IMG/VR virus record: IMGVR_UViG_3300035034_002688
DNA from: an uncultured virus (IMG/VR IMGVR_UViG_3300035034_002688)
Taxonomy: Duplodnaviria > Heunggongvirae > Uroviricota > Caudoviricetes
Reading direction: 5' to 3' (one strand)
DNA length: 64,000 nucleotides
Shown piece by piece: positions 55,122 to 64,000 of the stretch. Both the position numbers and the translations under genes were made by a program. Positions within the stretch are counted from its first letter, which is position 1. Every line of letters begins with the position of its first letter. Under the pieces are notes generated by a model. The model ran no database searches, had not been told where the DNA came from, and saw only the letters and a program-made list of their open reading frames with translations.

Positions 55122-58100
55122 TCAGGTGATCCAGTGCACGCTGGTCTCGATGAAGATGTCACCGGTAGAAGCGCCCTCGTTGAACTGAGTACCTCCCGAA
55201 GCCGGACGCACGAGCACGTTGGCGACCTGGACGTTGTTCGTGAACGCCGCCAGGATCACCGCGTCACTGGTCGGAGAGCTGAAGGGGTACCCCTCCATCT
55301 GTCCACCCGTAATGCTCAGGTTCGCGTTCGTCCCGACCCCGGTGTTGTTGGTCTCCACAGCGGCGGTGCCACCTCCAGCTCCACGGAAGTAGCAGCCGGT
55401 GATGTTCACGCCGTCCATGAGACCGTCAACGTAGATGCCAGCTCCCACCGTATGCACGATCTGACAGCCCGTGATCACTGCCTGAGGCTCGTCTGCGAAT
55501 CCTCCGTCCGTAGACTCACGAATCCGGATGGTCGCCGTGGCTCCCGCTACCGCGTTGGTAAGCTGAGTACCCGTGATGCGTACGAACCCGCCCTCAACGT
55601 CCACGACCTCTGCGAGACCCGTGGCCCCTCGAAGCTGGCAGTTGCTGATCTGGAGCTGCGAACCGTTGGAATCCTGGAACGCGCGGATACGGCCCTCAAT
55701 CGTGGAGTTGTCCAGGAACATGCGGCCCGCGTCGAGCGTGATCCGGCAGGACTCGCCCACTCCCGCGATTACGCCTTGAGCGATCTGCTCCTCAGTCAAG
55801 CCCGCGACGAACTTGCAGTCCGAGATGCGAAGCACCGTCCGGCTTGACGTGGAGCCACCCGAGATGCTCAGGTTGTTACCCGTACATCCCTGGAGAGTAA
55901 GCTCGCAACGATCTCCCAGGAGGAACGCATTGAGCGCGCTGCCTGCAAGCTGGTCGTCAATGAACTCACAGTCCGTGAACGACATGATCGCACCGTCGAG
56001 CCCGAAATTGCCGTCCACGATGCTGTTGGAGACGTCGTAGGTGAACTTGCACCCTCGCGCGCGCACACGCAGGGGAGCGATGAGGGTCGAGATGCCCTGC
56101 ACGATCGAAGATGTTCCTCCATCAATCGTGCAGTCGCTCATGTCCACGTTCATGTTCACGATGCTCGTACCCGCCGCGCCGTCTCCGACGAGCCGGGAGT
56201 TGAAGCTGATGAACACGCGCGTGTTGTTCATGGAGAAGCGTCCGTCCGCTCCCGAGAAATCGAACAGGTTGGTCGTGGGCCCCGTATCACTGCCACCCTG
56301 GAGCAGCGAGTCACGGATCACCATGCGGTTGTCACCGCTGACCCCAAACGTTACGAGACTTTGAGAGAACACGGAGACGAAGCGCACACGCTCAAAAACA
56401 GCCCTCGTATCCACCGAGAGGAACGTCGCGACCTGCTCGGGGACACCCAAGCTTTGCGCGAAGACGTCCAGGTCCCTCAAGGTCACATCGTCACTGCCCG
56501 CACCGAAGCTGCGGAAGATGTCAGGTGCCGTAGAGAGCGCCTGCGTGCCGAAGTTGTTCAGGATGAAACGGCCGTTACAGATCTCAACGTTCTGCGCGCC
56601 CTCATCGTTTGCGTTCGGGAGGTCGACGCTGCGACCCAGGACGAAGGGCCCAGTGCCCGCACCCCCCGTGTAGTTGGTGATCGTGAGGTCGTGACCTGCG
56701 AGGTCGAGCTTGATGTTAGAGGGGATGAAGACCTCATCCTCGCTGGCTCCACTAAGCGTGACGTCTTCCAGGAGACGGATCGTGAAGGCACCCAGCGGGT
56801 CCGGGTTGTTGTCCACATCCTCCGGGTTGAGCAGCCCAACATAGGAGCACGCAGCGCGGAGGGTCTTGAACATCCCCTGAGCACCGACAGTCACTGCCGT
56901 GGTGTCGAGCACCGCAGACGAGAACCTGCGAAGGTCGTGCAGCTCCGAGACCGCAATAGACGCCCCGTCCCAGTCAACCTGAGCCAGGGGGATGCCCACG
57001 TTCGAGCCCCCCTCAAACGTCTCATCGAACGCGCCGTCAGTTGACACGATCGTCTCAACCTCCAAGGTGGTCACGTCAAAGTAGAAGAAGTACGTGCCGG
57101 CAGCCTCTCCCGTGAAGTCCAGGCTTGAGGCAACTCCGGTCGCAAACACGGACCCACCGCTGATCGCGAGGAGGGGATGCTTGACCACCACCTCGGTGAC
57201 GTCTACCTGCGTCGCGGAAGCGAGCGAAGAGACTCCACCAGACACGACGAACTTCGGATACGCGAGGTTGCTCACCTGAGACGCGCCACGCAGGCTCGAC
57301 TCATAAGGCACAGCGCGACCCGAGAGCGCACCTGAGATGCGCACGTCGGTCACGTCCGTCTCGATACCCTGGCTGGTCGTATCAAAGCTGAGCTGACGCT
57401 GGGGTGTGTTGGCGTAGCCCCACTCCTGTACGACCTGGATGGCGTCCACGACCGCGTTTGACGGGAAGCCAAGCGCCACGTGAGCGTTACCAAGACCAAA
57501 GTACAGCTCTCCAGTCGCCTGGATGCGTACACGATCTCCGGTCGCGTCTGTGATAGCCTCCGAATCGAAACGCTGAGGCGTCAACCCCAACGCGGTCTCG
57601 GCAGCGGTGTAGGCTGCCAGGAGGTCCCCGGCAAGATCTGCGGCCGAGGGCGCAGCTCCCGGTGCGATGGTGAACGAGAAGTCCACGCCGTTGGCCGTGA
57701 TCTCGATGCCATCGTTGGTATCCAGGACCACGACGGGCCATATGCCATCGTTGGACGAGAGCGTCTGCTTGAGGCCCTCGCTCATACGCACGTCGTACAG
57801 GTTCGTACCGGAGAGCGTCGGACGAATCACCGTACCAGCCCTACGAAGCTCCGTATCGGCCAGACCCAGGGCCACGTCCGTGCGAACCGCTCGCGCCGAC
57901 GTACGGTCACGTGAGAGCGACTCAAGGCGGACTCCCTGACCTCCGGCGAACGTCGAACCTGACTCCACCAGGAGACGCTCCTGTGGGGGCGTGTCATGGT
58001 AGATGTCGGCAGCCGACGTGGAGGGCAAAGAGGCCTCCAGACCTCGCTCACCGACCTCCAGACGTACCTTTCGGTGACCACGGAACGCGTTGAGGCTCGG

Positions 58101-59480
58101 GTCGGTAGAGAAACCCTCGACCCCCTGAGCGACCTTGGGGAGTGTCTGCCCATCAAGTGCGGCAAAGACCGCGAAGAGACGCGGCGCGCCGTCGGCATCC
58201 ACGTAGTTGTTGGGGTTGAGCTGCCCACCCGCTGCCGGGATCGGCGTAGAGAGACGCAACACGCCCTGAGGCCAGTCGACGAAGATCTGGTCGTCTCCCG
58301 CGCCGGCAGGGTCGATGGTCAGGCCTTCCAGATCCGTAATCGGGTTTGAGAGGTCCGCCAGACCTCCCGCCGTGGCGGGATAAAGCGTGAGCCCGTAGCC
58401 CGGCGTGCCGGAGGTACCTGAGAAGAGAGCCAGCGACGCAGCAACACCCTGTCCCACCATTTGAGGAGAGATCAGGCTCTTGACGCGGAGCGTGTCCAGG
58501 ATGTCTCCACCCTCGGCCTCGAACACGGAGTCTCCAAAGAACTCGGCGCGAGGGACAAAGGGGGCGCCTGCAAGCTCTCCCACCGTAAAGGCCTTCTGCA
58601 CGGCGGAGGGCACTCCATCCTGTGCGCGCGGAAGCTCCACGCCAAAGAAGGGAGAGAGCACCACGTCCTCGACGTTGGTACCTCCCGGAGTGAAGGCCAC
58701 GCTCTCCACGTAGTAGAACGCGCTGTTGTAGACGGCCCAATCACCCGCCGTGAAGGTCTGAGCGTCCGTATGCTCCGCGACCACGTTGAGACGACCCTCG
58801 GCCGTGATCGTGGCGGTTGCAGACGAGCTATCCATGGAGACCGAAGAGATCCTCACGGGCCACGAGTTCGGCTTACGTGCGAGGTACACCCGCGAAGCCG
58901 TCTCATCGCGGCCCGGCCACGGGAGCAGCTCGACGGGCTGAGCGATCACGACCTGCCAGTACACGTCATTGAGCGTACCCAGGACCGAGCTGTAGATGCG
59001 GTCGAGCGTGAGGTCTCCGCCCACGACGTTGGTGATCTCATAGGTGCCGACAACGGCCGACGCACTTGAGATGTTGGCGACGTTGGAGACCACCAGACGC
59101 AGGTTGGCCAGACCAAAGGTACCCGTAAGGTAGGTCATGTCTGCCAGATTCGTATTGAACAGGGACGAGCCGTTGTTGAGCGTACCCTCGGTACCCTCTG
59201 CGACCACGCGCGCGCCAAACACCTGCACCTGCTGGACCAGACGACGGTGACGCCTTGGTGCCGTGGCCGGTGCGGACTGAGCAAAGAGGGCGTAGTCGTC
59301 TACATCCCCCAGGAAGCGCACGTCGGCGCTCGCTCCCAGGAGGTCGCCAAGGTCATGAAGCGCGGGTGCGGGGATAGCTCCCGACATGAGCGGCTCATCA
59401 CGAACGCTCAATGCGTCGTCTGTGCTCGTCTTGCCTTCAAGGGCCTTGCGAATGATGTCGTCGTTGAGGCTGCTAGACAT
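55122..59480 (-). CDS. Tail fibre/spike-like protein with C-terminal right-handed beta helix
   Basis: GMFKTLRAA, IKLDLAGHDL, repeated I.DC.F / ISNC / ITGC units. Confidence 0.72.
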   Translation of the reverse strand: MSSSLNDDIIRKALEGKTSTDDALSVRDEPLMSGAIPAPALHDLGDLLGASADVRFLGDVDDYALFAQSAPATAPRRHRRLVQQVQVFGARVVAEGTEGTLNNGSSLFNTNLADMTYLTGTFGLANLRLVVSNVANISSASAVVGTYEITNVVGGDLTLDRIYSSVLGTLNDVYWQVVIAQPVELLPWPGRDETASRVYLARKPNSWPVRISSVSMDSSSATATITAEGRLNVVAEHTDAQTFTAGDWAVYNSAFYYVESVAFTPGGTNVEDVVLSPFFGVELPRAQDGVPSAVQKAFTVGELAGAPFVPRAEFFGDSVFEAEGGDILDTLRVKSLISPQMVGQGVAASLALFSGTSGTPGYGLTLYPATAGGLADLSNPITDLEGLTIDPAGAGDDQIFVDWPQGVLRLSTPIPAAGGQLNPNNYVDADGAPRLFAVFAALDGQTLPKVAQGVEGFSTDPSLNAFRGHRKVRLEVGERGLEASLPSTSAADIYHDTPPQERLLVESGSTFAGGQGVRLESLSRDRTSARAVRTDVALGLADTELRRAGTVIRPTLSGTNLYDVRMSEGLKQTLSSNDGIWPVVVLDTNDGIEITANGVDFSFTIAPGAAPSAADLAGDLLAAYTAAETALGLTPQRFDSEAITDATGDRVRIQATGELYFGLGNAHVALGFPSNAVVDAIQVVQEWGYANTPQRQLSFDTTSQGIETDVTDVRISGALSGRAVPYESSLRGASQVSNLAYPKFVVSGGVSSLASATQVDVTEVVVKHPLLAISGGSVFATGVASSLDFTGEAAGTYFFYFDVTTLEVETIVSTDGAFDETFEGGSNVGIPLAQVDWDGASIAVSELHDLRRFSSAVLDTTAVTVGAQGMFKTLRAACSYVGLLNPEDVDNNPDPLGAFTIRLLEDVTLSGASEDEVFIPSNIKLDLAGHDLTITNYTGGAGTGPFVLGRSVDLPNANDEGAQNVEICNGRFILNNFGTQALSTAPDIFRSFGAGSDDVTLRDLDVFAQSLGVPEQVATFLSVDTRAVFERVRFVSVFSQSLVTFGVSGDNRMVIRDSLLQGGSDTGPTTNLFDFSGADGRFSMNNTRVFISFNSRLVGDGAAGTSIVNMNVDMSDCTIDGGTSSIVQGISTLIAPLRVRARGCKFTYDVSNSIVDGNFGLDGAIMSFTDCEFIDDQLAGSALNAFLLGDRCELTLQGCTGNNLSISGGSTSSRTVLRISDCKFVAGLTEEQIAQGVIAGVGESCRITLDAGRMFLDNSTIEGRIRAFQDSNGSQLQISNCQLRGATGLAEVVDVEGGFVRITGTQLTNAVAGATATIRIRESTDGGFADEPQAVITGCQIVHTVGAGIYVDGLMDGVNITGCYFRGAGGGTAAVETNNTGVGTNANLSITGGQMEGYPFSSPTSDAVILAAFTNNVQVANVLVRPASGGTQFNEGASTGDIFIETSVHWIT

Positions 59481-61457
59481 TTATCCCTCGATCAGTTCAA
59501 TCTTGTAGAGCGCAAAGTCGCCACCTGTGGCGGCCGTCGAAGCATCTTCGATTCCAACCGCGAAGAAATACGAGTACAAGCCCGTCGCAGCGTTGAGCAG
59601 CGGGTACGAACCCATGCGGAGCGTAAAGAGCACCGAATTGGCCGACTCTACCACGTAGTCTACAAGGGCACCACCGAGTTCCACGGACTGACCCACGTTT
59701 ACGATGTTGGGCCCCGCGAAGAAAGACATCACCACACCAGAGGGTGAGTACGTCTCACGGCCCACGATCAGCAAGTCCTCACTCAAGTCCGCAGCGCCCG
59801 CCGTCGGGTTCCCGACCACTCGAAGCTGGAAGTCCCTGGAAGGGGTCAGCATGCCAAAGGCTCGCAGGTAGTTTCGGTTGCCCGAAGCACCTGAATAGTT
59901 CGGCTGGGAGTTGCCACCTGGAAGGTTAGGGAGGTGGTTAGTCGTGTAATCCGTGTCCGGGTACGCCAGCTCGCCACCCAGGCCCGTGATCCCCGCAGGA
60001 ACGGGATGGCCCGAGGAGATGCCTCGAACCTGTAGCTCGGTAGCTCCCAGCGCAGCGGTGGGGTCAAAGGTGGACGAGGTGCCGCGAGGGTCGGGCGCGG
60101 AGGCGTTAGCCAGATCAGCTCCCGAGTACCTCGTGACCTCATCCGCGAAGTTCTCCACCTGAGACCTACCCGCTGATGGAACATCTCCCGGCACTTGGTA
60201 GCCTGCCGCCGTGTGGACCAGCAACACGTTCGTGTCGGAGTTGGCTTGCGTGTCCTGACGACCAAAGGGGTCCGTCGCCTGGAGAGCTGGAGACCCTGCG
60301 AGCACCAGTCCCCCGGCGTCCGGGTTCAGGAACAGGCCCGCAGAAGCGTCGGAGCCCACCAGGATGGGGTTAGGCGAATAGTCGGTGTACGTCGGAGTCT
60401 GGACGGCGCCCTCGGTGTACTCAAGCGTGAGAGCCTCCTCAAGGAAGGAGTCCGCGTAGACACCCGTGACTTCGGCATCCCAGGCGAAGTCGTCCACCGG
60501 CCCATAGTACGTGACGCCGCTGAGCACGCGCGGAGTCCCCTCTGCCGTGTCGAGTACGTTGTCCGGGGCCAGCGTGTGCGAGTTGATCACAACCGTGGTA
60601 GCCGTGTCCGCGTCACGATAGAGCGTCTCGGGGAAGAGCTGGAAGTCCGCGAAGGACTCATAGGGGGCCGCCACCTTGTCCGCGAAGTAATCTGCCGAGG
60701 AGCGGTAATGTACCAGCTCCAACGCGCCGAGATCCCCGGAGGAGAGACCGGTATCTACCGAGATCACCACGCGCGCGATCTGGTATCCCGCATAAGCGAC
60801 CGCAGCCGCATCATACACCGGATCAGGTCCCGCGCCGAGGAAGGCGAAGCTTGCGCGCGTGTATGAGGTGAGCTGTGGGAGCCGGTCTGTCAAGGCGAAG
60901 CCAAGAGGGAGGCCGTCTACTGCCGCCTCGGCTCCGGGAATGAGCAGATCGTTTTGACCGACTACACGAGCCGGGACCGCAGAAGCCTCCGGTTCCCCCT
61001 CGGTGAAGACGTTTGAGAGGTTGATGGCCTGCACCACCACACCATCCAGCTTGACCGCGAGCACGCCTCGATCTGCCGGGTAGAGGATACCCGAGATCTC
61101 AAGCGCGTCCACGTTGATCACGCGGGCAAGGGTCCCTGTGGCGGTACCATCCGGGAAACGCCCAAGGACCGGCTCGGGAGAGTAGGACAGGGTAGACGGG
61201 TTGAGCGCGTTCAAGCTCTCATCAAGGCGATTAGGGCGAGGCTGGGGCGCCAGCTCGTTGATCACGTTGAGGTTGGTCTGGACATCTTGCCCCCCAAGGA
61301 GGGGAAGCTCGTCCGAACGTACGTTCTCCGCCAGGATGTCGGGCTGAAGGGCCGGGTCACCGGTGGCCGTGAAGTTGAGCGACGAAGCCGTGACCGACCC
61401 CTGACCGGCACGACCGGACCCTACGACGATCTGAGTTGGGTCTGTATTACGAGGCAT
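59481..61457 (-). CDS. Probable virion structural protein
   Basis: 658-aa acidic G/A/T-rich ORF abutting neighbours, AGGAG RBS. Confidence 0.65.
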   Translation of the reverse strand: MPRNTDPTQIVVGSGRAGQGSVTASSLNFTATGDPALQPDILAENVRSDELPLLGGQDVQTNLNVINELAPQPRPNRLDESLNALNPSTLSYSPEPVLGRFPDGTATGTLARVINVDALEISGILYPADRGVLAVKLDGVVVQAINLSNVFTEGEPEASAVPARVVGQNDLLIPGAEAAVDGLPLGFALTDRLPQLTSYTRASFAFLGAGPDPVYDAAAVAYAGYQIARVVISVDTGLSSGDLGALELVHYRSSADYFADKVAAPYESFADFQLFPETLYRDADTATTVVINSHTLAPDNVLDTAEGTPRVLSGVTYYGPVDDFAWDAEVTGVYADSFLEEALTLEYTEGAVQTPTYTDYSPNPILVGSDASAGLFLNPDAGGLVLAGSPALQATDPFGRQDTQANSDTNVLLVHTAAGYQVPGDVPSAGRSQVENFADEVTRYSGADLANASAPDPRGTSSTFDPTAALGATELQVRGISSGHPVPAGITGLGGELAYPDTDYTTNHLPNLPGGNSQPNYSGASGNRNYLRAFGMLTPSRDFQLRVVGNPTAGAADLSEDLLIVGRETYSPSGVVMSFFAGPNIVNVGQSVELGGALVDYVVESANSVLFTLRMGSYPLLNAATGLYSYFFAVGIEDASTAATGGDFALYKIELIEG

Positions 61458-61469
61458 GAGAGGCTCCTA

Positions 61470-64000
61470 TCAGGTCAGGGGGTTGCCCTTGAGGCGGTAG
61501 ACTGCGGCACAGGTGGTGTTGCTCGTATCAGCAAAGCCTACGCGGTTCTGAGCGCTCGCCTGCACGTAGTCAGCGACCACCACGAGCACAAGAGAGCCTT
61601 GACGTGCGAAGTCCGTCTCCTGCTCAATACGGCCGATGAAGGCGATGAACATCTTGTGCTCACTGATCGCAGACAGCGACTGGGCGAGGGCTGCCGGGCG
61701 ATAAGCCGTCAGGTCCACGCTCGTGTAATGGTCAAGGAACTCGGCGTTCTCGGTGGTGACGTTGATCGGATCTCGGAAGGTGAACGACTCGACCGGGACC
61801 AGAGGCACCAGCGTGTTCAGCTCCACAAAGCCCGTCGTCGCGTCGAAGTCATCAATCGAGATGGGCCCCGGCGCGCTAAGCTCGGCCTCCGAATCATACG
61901 GAGCGTCCACGTGCACCGGGATCTGAGCCATCGGCGCTTCGTACGGGTAACTCGTCAAAGGAGACCCGGACCCCGTAGTCCCCACGCGCATGCGGGGCGA
62001 GATCGCGAGAGGCTTGACCACCAAGTCGTTGTTGGGCGTGACGTTCTGGAGGAACTCGAACTGAATCGTCTGCACCGAATGCGTCAAGTAGTAGAGCGTG
62101 ATCGGTGTACCGTTGGTCGAGAACGCGCGCGCCGGGAAGAACGTGACATCCACCTCCTCATCCGGATTGGGCAGGACGCCACTAATACCTACCTGACGTC
62201 CCGCCGTCCTCGACGCATCCACGACGTAGACCGGACCTCCGCCCGTACCCTGAACCGAGACCACACCATTGGTCGAACCTCCAGCCGCCTCATAGAGGAA
62301 CTCAGGCAAGATCACCGTGGTCGTGTCGCTGGCGAACACCGTGAGGGTCACGGCGGCGTCCGTCGTATAGGTTGCCGAAACCTCTCGATGCGGGCCGTCC
62401 TCATAGTCGACCTGGAGGTAGGGACGAATCGCCGCCTGCCCCGCTGCGTTGTTCGTGAAGACGACCCCAATTGCACCGTTGAAGGCGGTGGGGTCGTGCA
62501 CCGTAGCCACGAAGTTCGAGGGCACGCCGTCAACGTGTGCGTTAAGCCCAGCTCCCACGGGGTAGAGGACCTCGAAGGTTACCCAAAGGTCTGCCGTCGA
62601 TGCCACGGTAGGAGGCGCCCCCAGGGTCACCTCGACCGTCTGTGTACCCAGGCCCGTGATCTGCTCGAAGACGTAAGGCTGCGTGCCCGTCGTGGGGCCC
62701 GCCTCATTGAGGGTGACCTCCAGGACATCTATGATCACCGTACCGGCCGGCTGCTCATCCGAGAGAGGCTGACCCAGGGTCGAGTTGGCGGTCAGGTCAA
62801 GGGCCACCGTATCTCCCGCCGTCCAGGTCCCGCCAGGAGGCGCAAAGACGACCACGTGCTGCTGCGCCACGGGTCGGTCCGAATAGATCGTACGGATACC
62901 GTCCGGAGAGCCGAAGGTGTTACCCGAAGACGGGTCCGACGGGATCGCCGTTGAGGGGATGAGGTCGTCAGCCTTGAGAACTTGCGTACCTGCCAGCTCC
63001 GAGCCTCCCACGTAGAAGCCCGTGCTCGCAGTGTTCGTGGCCCACGTACGCAGGTTGTGGTCCATCAAGAGGCCCAGTGAGCGTTCTACCTCGTGCCCAA
63101 GGTCAAACCCCGTAAACGAGACGCGGTTTCGCATATCCTGGAGGTCACCAAAGACGACCTCATCAGAGTAGCGGCCATCCGGACGGTCTGGGGTCCCCGA
63201 GACGATCTGAGAGCCCCCGTTACCATTGCCCGTGAGGTCGAAGGGCTGCGTGTTGAGGCGGTAGACCAGGGTGATGGGGATCGAGTAAACGTAGCCATCG
63301 GTCGTGCCGAGAGCGTTTGCCGGGTCACCGTCTCCAGCGCGCCACAGTCCCGCATCACCATCTACCCCGGTGTACGCGAAGGCGGACAGGGCGCCCAGAG
63401 GACCCTGTGCAAAGACGTTAGCGTCCGTGTAACCCAGCTTGTTTGCCGTGGAGGAGAGACGCTGTGAGGTGATCCTGTACTGAATCTGGACCCGACGTGT
63501 CGTCTCGGTGTTGATCACGGGATCTGTATCAATCAGATCGTCTGTGAGCCACGTCGCAGCCAAGGCCTCAACGTTGCCGTTCGGGTAGACCTGAGTGGCG
63601 CTTGGCTTGTTGTCGGTCGAAGGATTGGGAGCGACCACCGCGCGCCATACCTCAAGATACACGAAGTCTACGGCAATGGTGCCCGCTGAAGCAGGAGGAG
63701 CTGCCAGCGTGATCACGTTCTCGGAGGCGGTGTCCGTGCCCGTGTACTCCAGGGGGAGGACCCAGCCGTTGACGTGCACCACGGGGCGGTTGATCAGGTG
63801 CAGGGTGTTCGACTCGGTGCGGAAGTCAAAGGACGCGTTCGTGTCAGACTCGAAGTCTCCGGTCAAGAACCCCGAGGGGGTCTGCTGGCGGAGTACTTCG
63901 CGAGCCTTGTGCGACGCGATGTCCTGGTTGAGAATCAGCTCGCTGTCGAGCACCCCCTTTCCCTTCTGGAAGACCACCACGTCATACCCCGTCCCCTCAG
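61470..64000 (-). CDS. Virion structural protein, paralog of 49991-54415, 5' end outside window
   Basis: Shared blocks VFQK...LDSEL, HVNGW, LEVW, ETT.RVQIQYR, GDAGLWRAGDGD, GT.DGYVY.IP, YR..G.PL. Confidence 0.75.
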   Translation of the reverse strand, partial: EGTGYDVVVFQKGKGVLDSELILNQDIASHKAREVLRQQTPSGFLTGDFESDTNASFDFRTESNTLHLINRPVVHVNGWVLPLEYTGTDTASENVITLAAPPASAGTIAVDFVYLEVWRAVVAPNPSTDNKPSATQVYPNGNVEALAATWLTDDLIDTDPVINTETTRRVQIQYRITSQRLSSTANKLGYTDANVFAQGPLGALSAFAYTGVDGDAGLWRAGDGDPANALGTTDGYVYSIPITLVYRLNTQPFDLTGNGNGGSQIVSGTPDRPDGRYSDEVVFGDLQDMRNRVSFTGFDLGHEVERSLGLLMDHNLRTWATNTASTGFYVGGSELAGTQVLKADDLIPSTAIPSDPSSGNTFGSPDGIRTIYSDRPVAQQHVVVFAPPGGTWTAGDTVALDLTANSTLGQPLSDEQPAGTVIIDVLEVTLNEAGPTTGTQPYVFEQITGLGTQTVEVTLGAPPTVASTADLWVTFEVLYPVGAGLNAHVDGVPSNFVATVHDPTAFNGAIGVVFTNNAAGQAAIRPYLQVDYEDGPHREVSATYTTDAAVTLTVFASDTTTVILPEFLYEAAGGSTNGVVSVQGTGGGPVYVVDASRTAGRQVGISGVLPNPDEEVDVTFFPARAFSTNGTPITLYYLTHSVQTIQFEFLQNVTPNNDLVVKPLAISPRMRVGTTGSGSPLTSYPYEAPMAQIPVHVDAPYDSEAELSAPGPISIDDFDATTGFVELNTLVPLVPVESFTFRDPINVTTENAEFLDHYTSVDLTAYRPAALAQSLSAISEHKMFIAFIGRIEQETDFARQGSLVLVVVADYVQASAQNRVGFADTSNTTCAAVYRLKGNPLT

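Noticed and set aside
1..64000. tRNA/rRNA genes, integrase or transposase, alternative genetic code
   Set aside because: None recognised by eye; long genes read through in the standard code and TAG, TAA and TGA all end ORFs

Overview
A GC-rich segment of what is very probably a large (jumbo/huge) tailed phage genome. Evidence is baseplate/tail genes, family-A DNA polymerase, intein-containing DnaB, PhoH, IF-1 and many short ORFans, with no bacterial housekeeping operons. The left 12 kb is a phage-borne type I-E CRISPR-Cas interference module in a non-canonical order (orf-orf-cas3 | cas7-cas6e | cas5e-cas8e::cas11, all minus strand), with no cas1/cas2 in the window. Cas8e runs in frame into a Cas11/Cse2-like domain. 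There are three arrays with related but distinct repeats. Arrays 2 and 3 point away from each other and share a homologous leader. A near-complete repeat copy sits inside the cas7-cas6 intergenic region, and each cas sub-operon has its own sigma70-like promoter overlapped by an inverted repeat. The middle holds baseplate genes, a Zeta-toxin-like kinase, a PPP phosphatase, infA, phoH, a Ycf46-like AAA ATPase cluster and a replication block. On the right, a cytoplasmic histidine kinase plus a single-domain receiver are embedded among holin/spanin-like membrane genes downstream of large tail-like proteins. All calls are from motif reading by eye; no database search was run.
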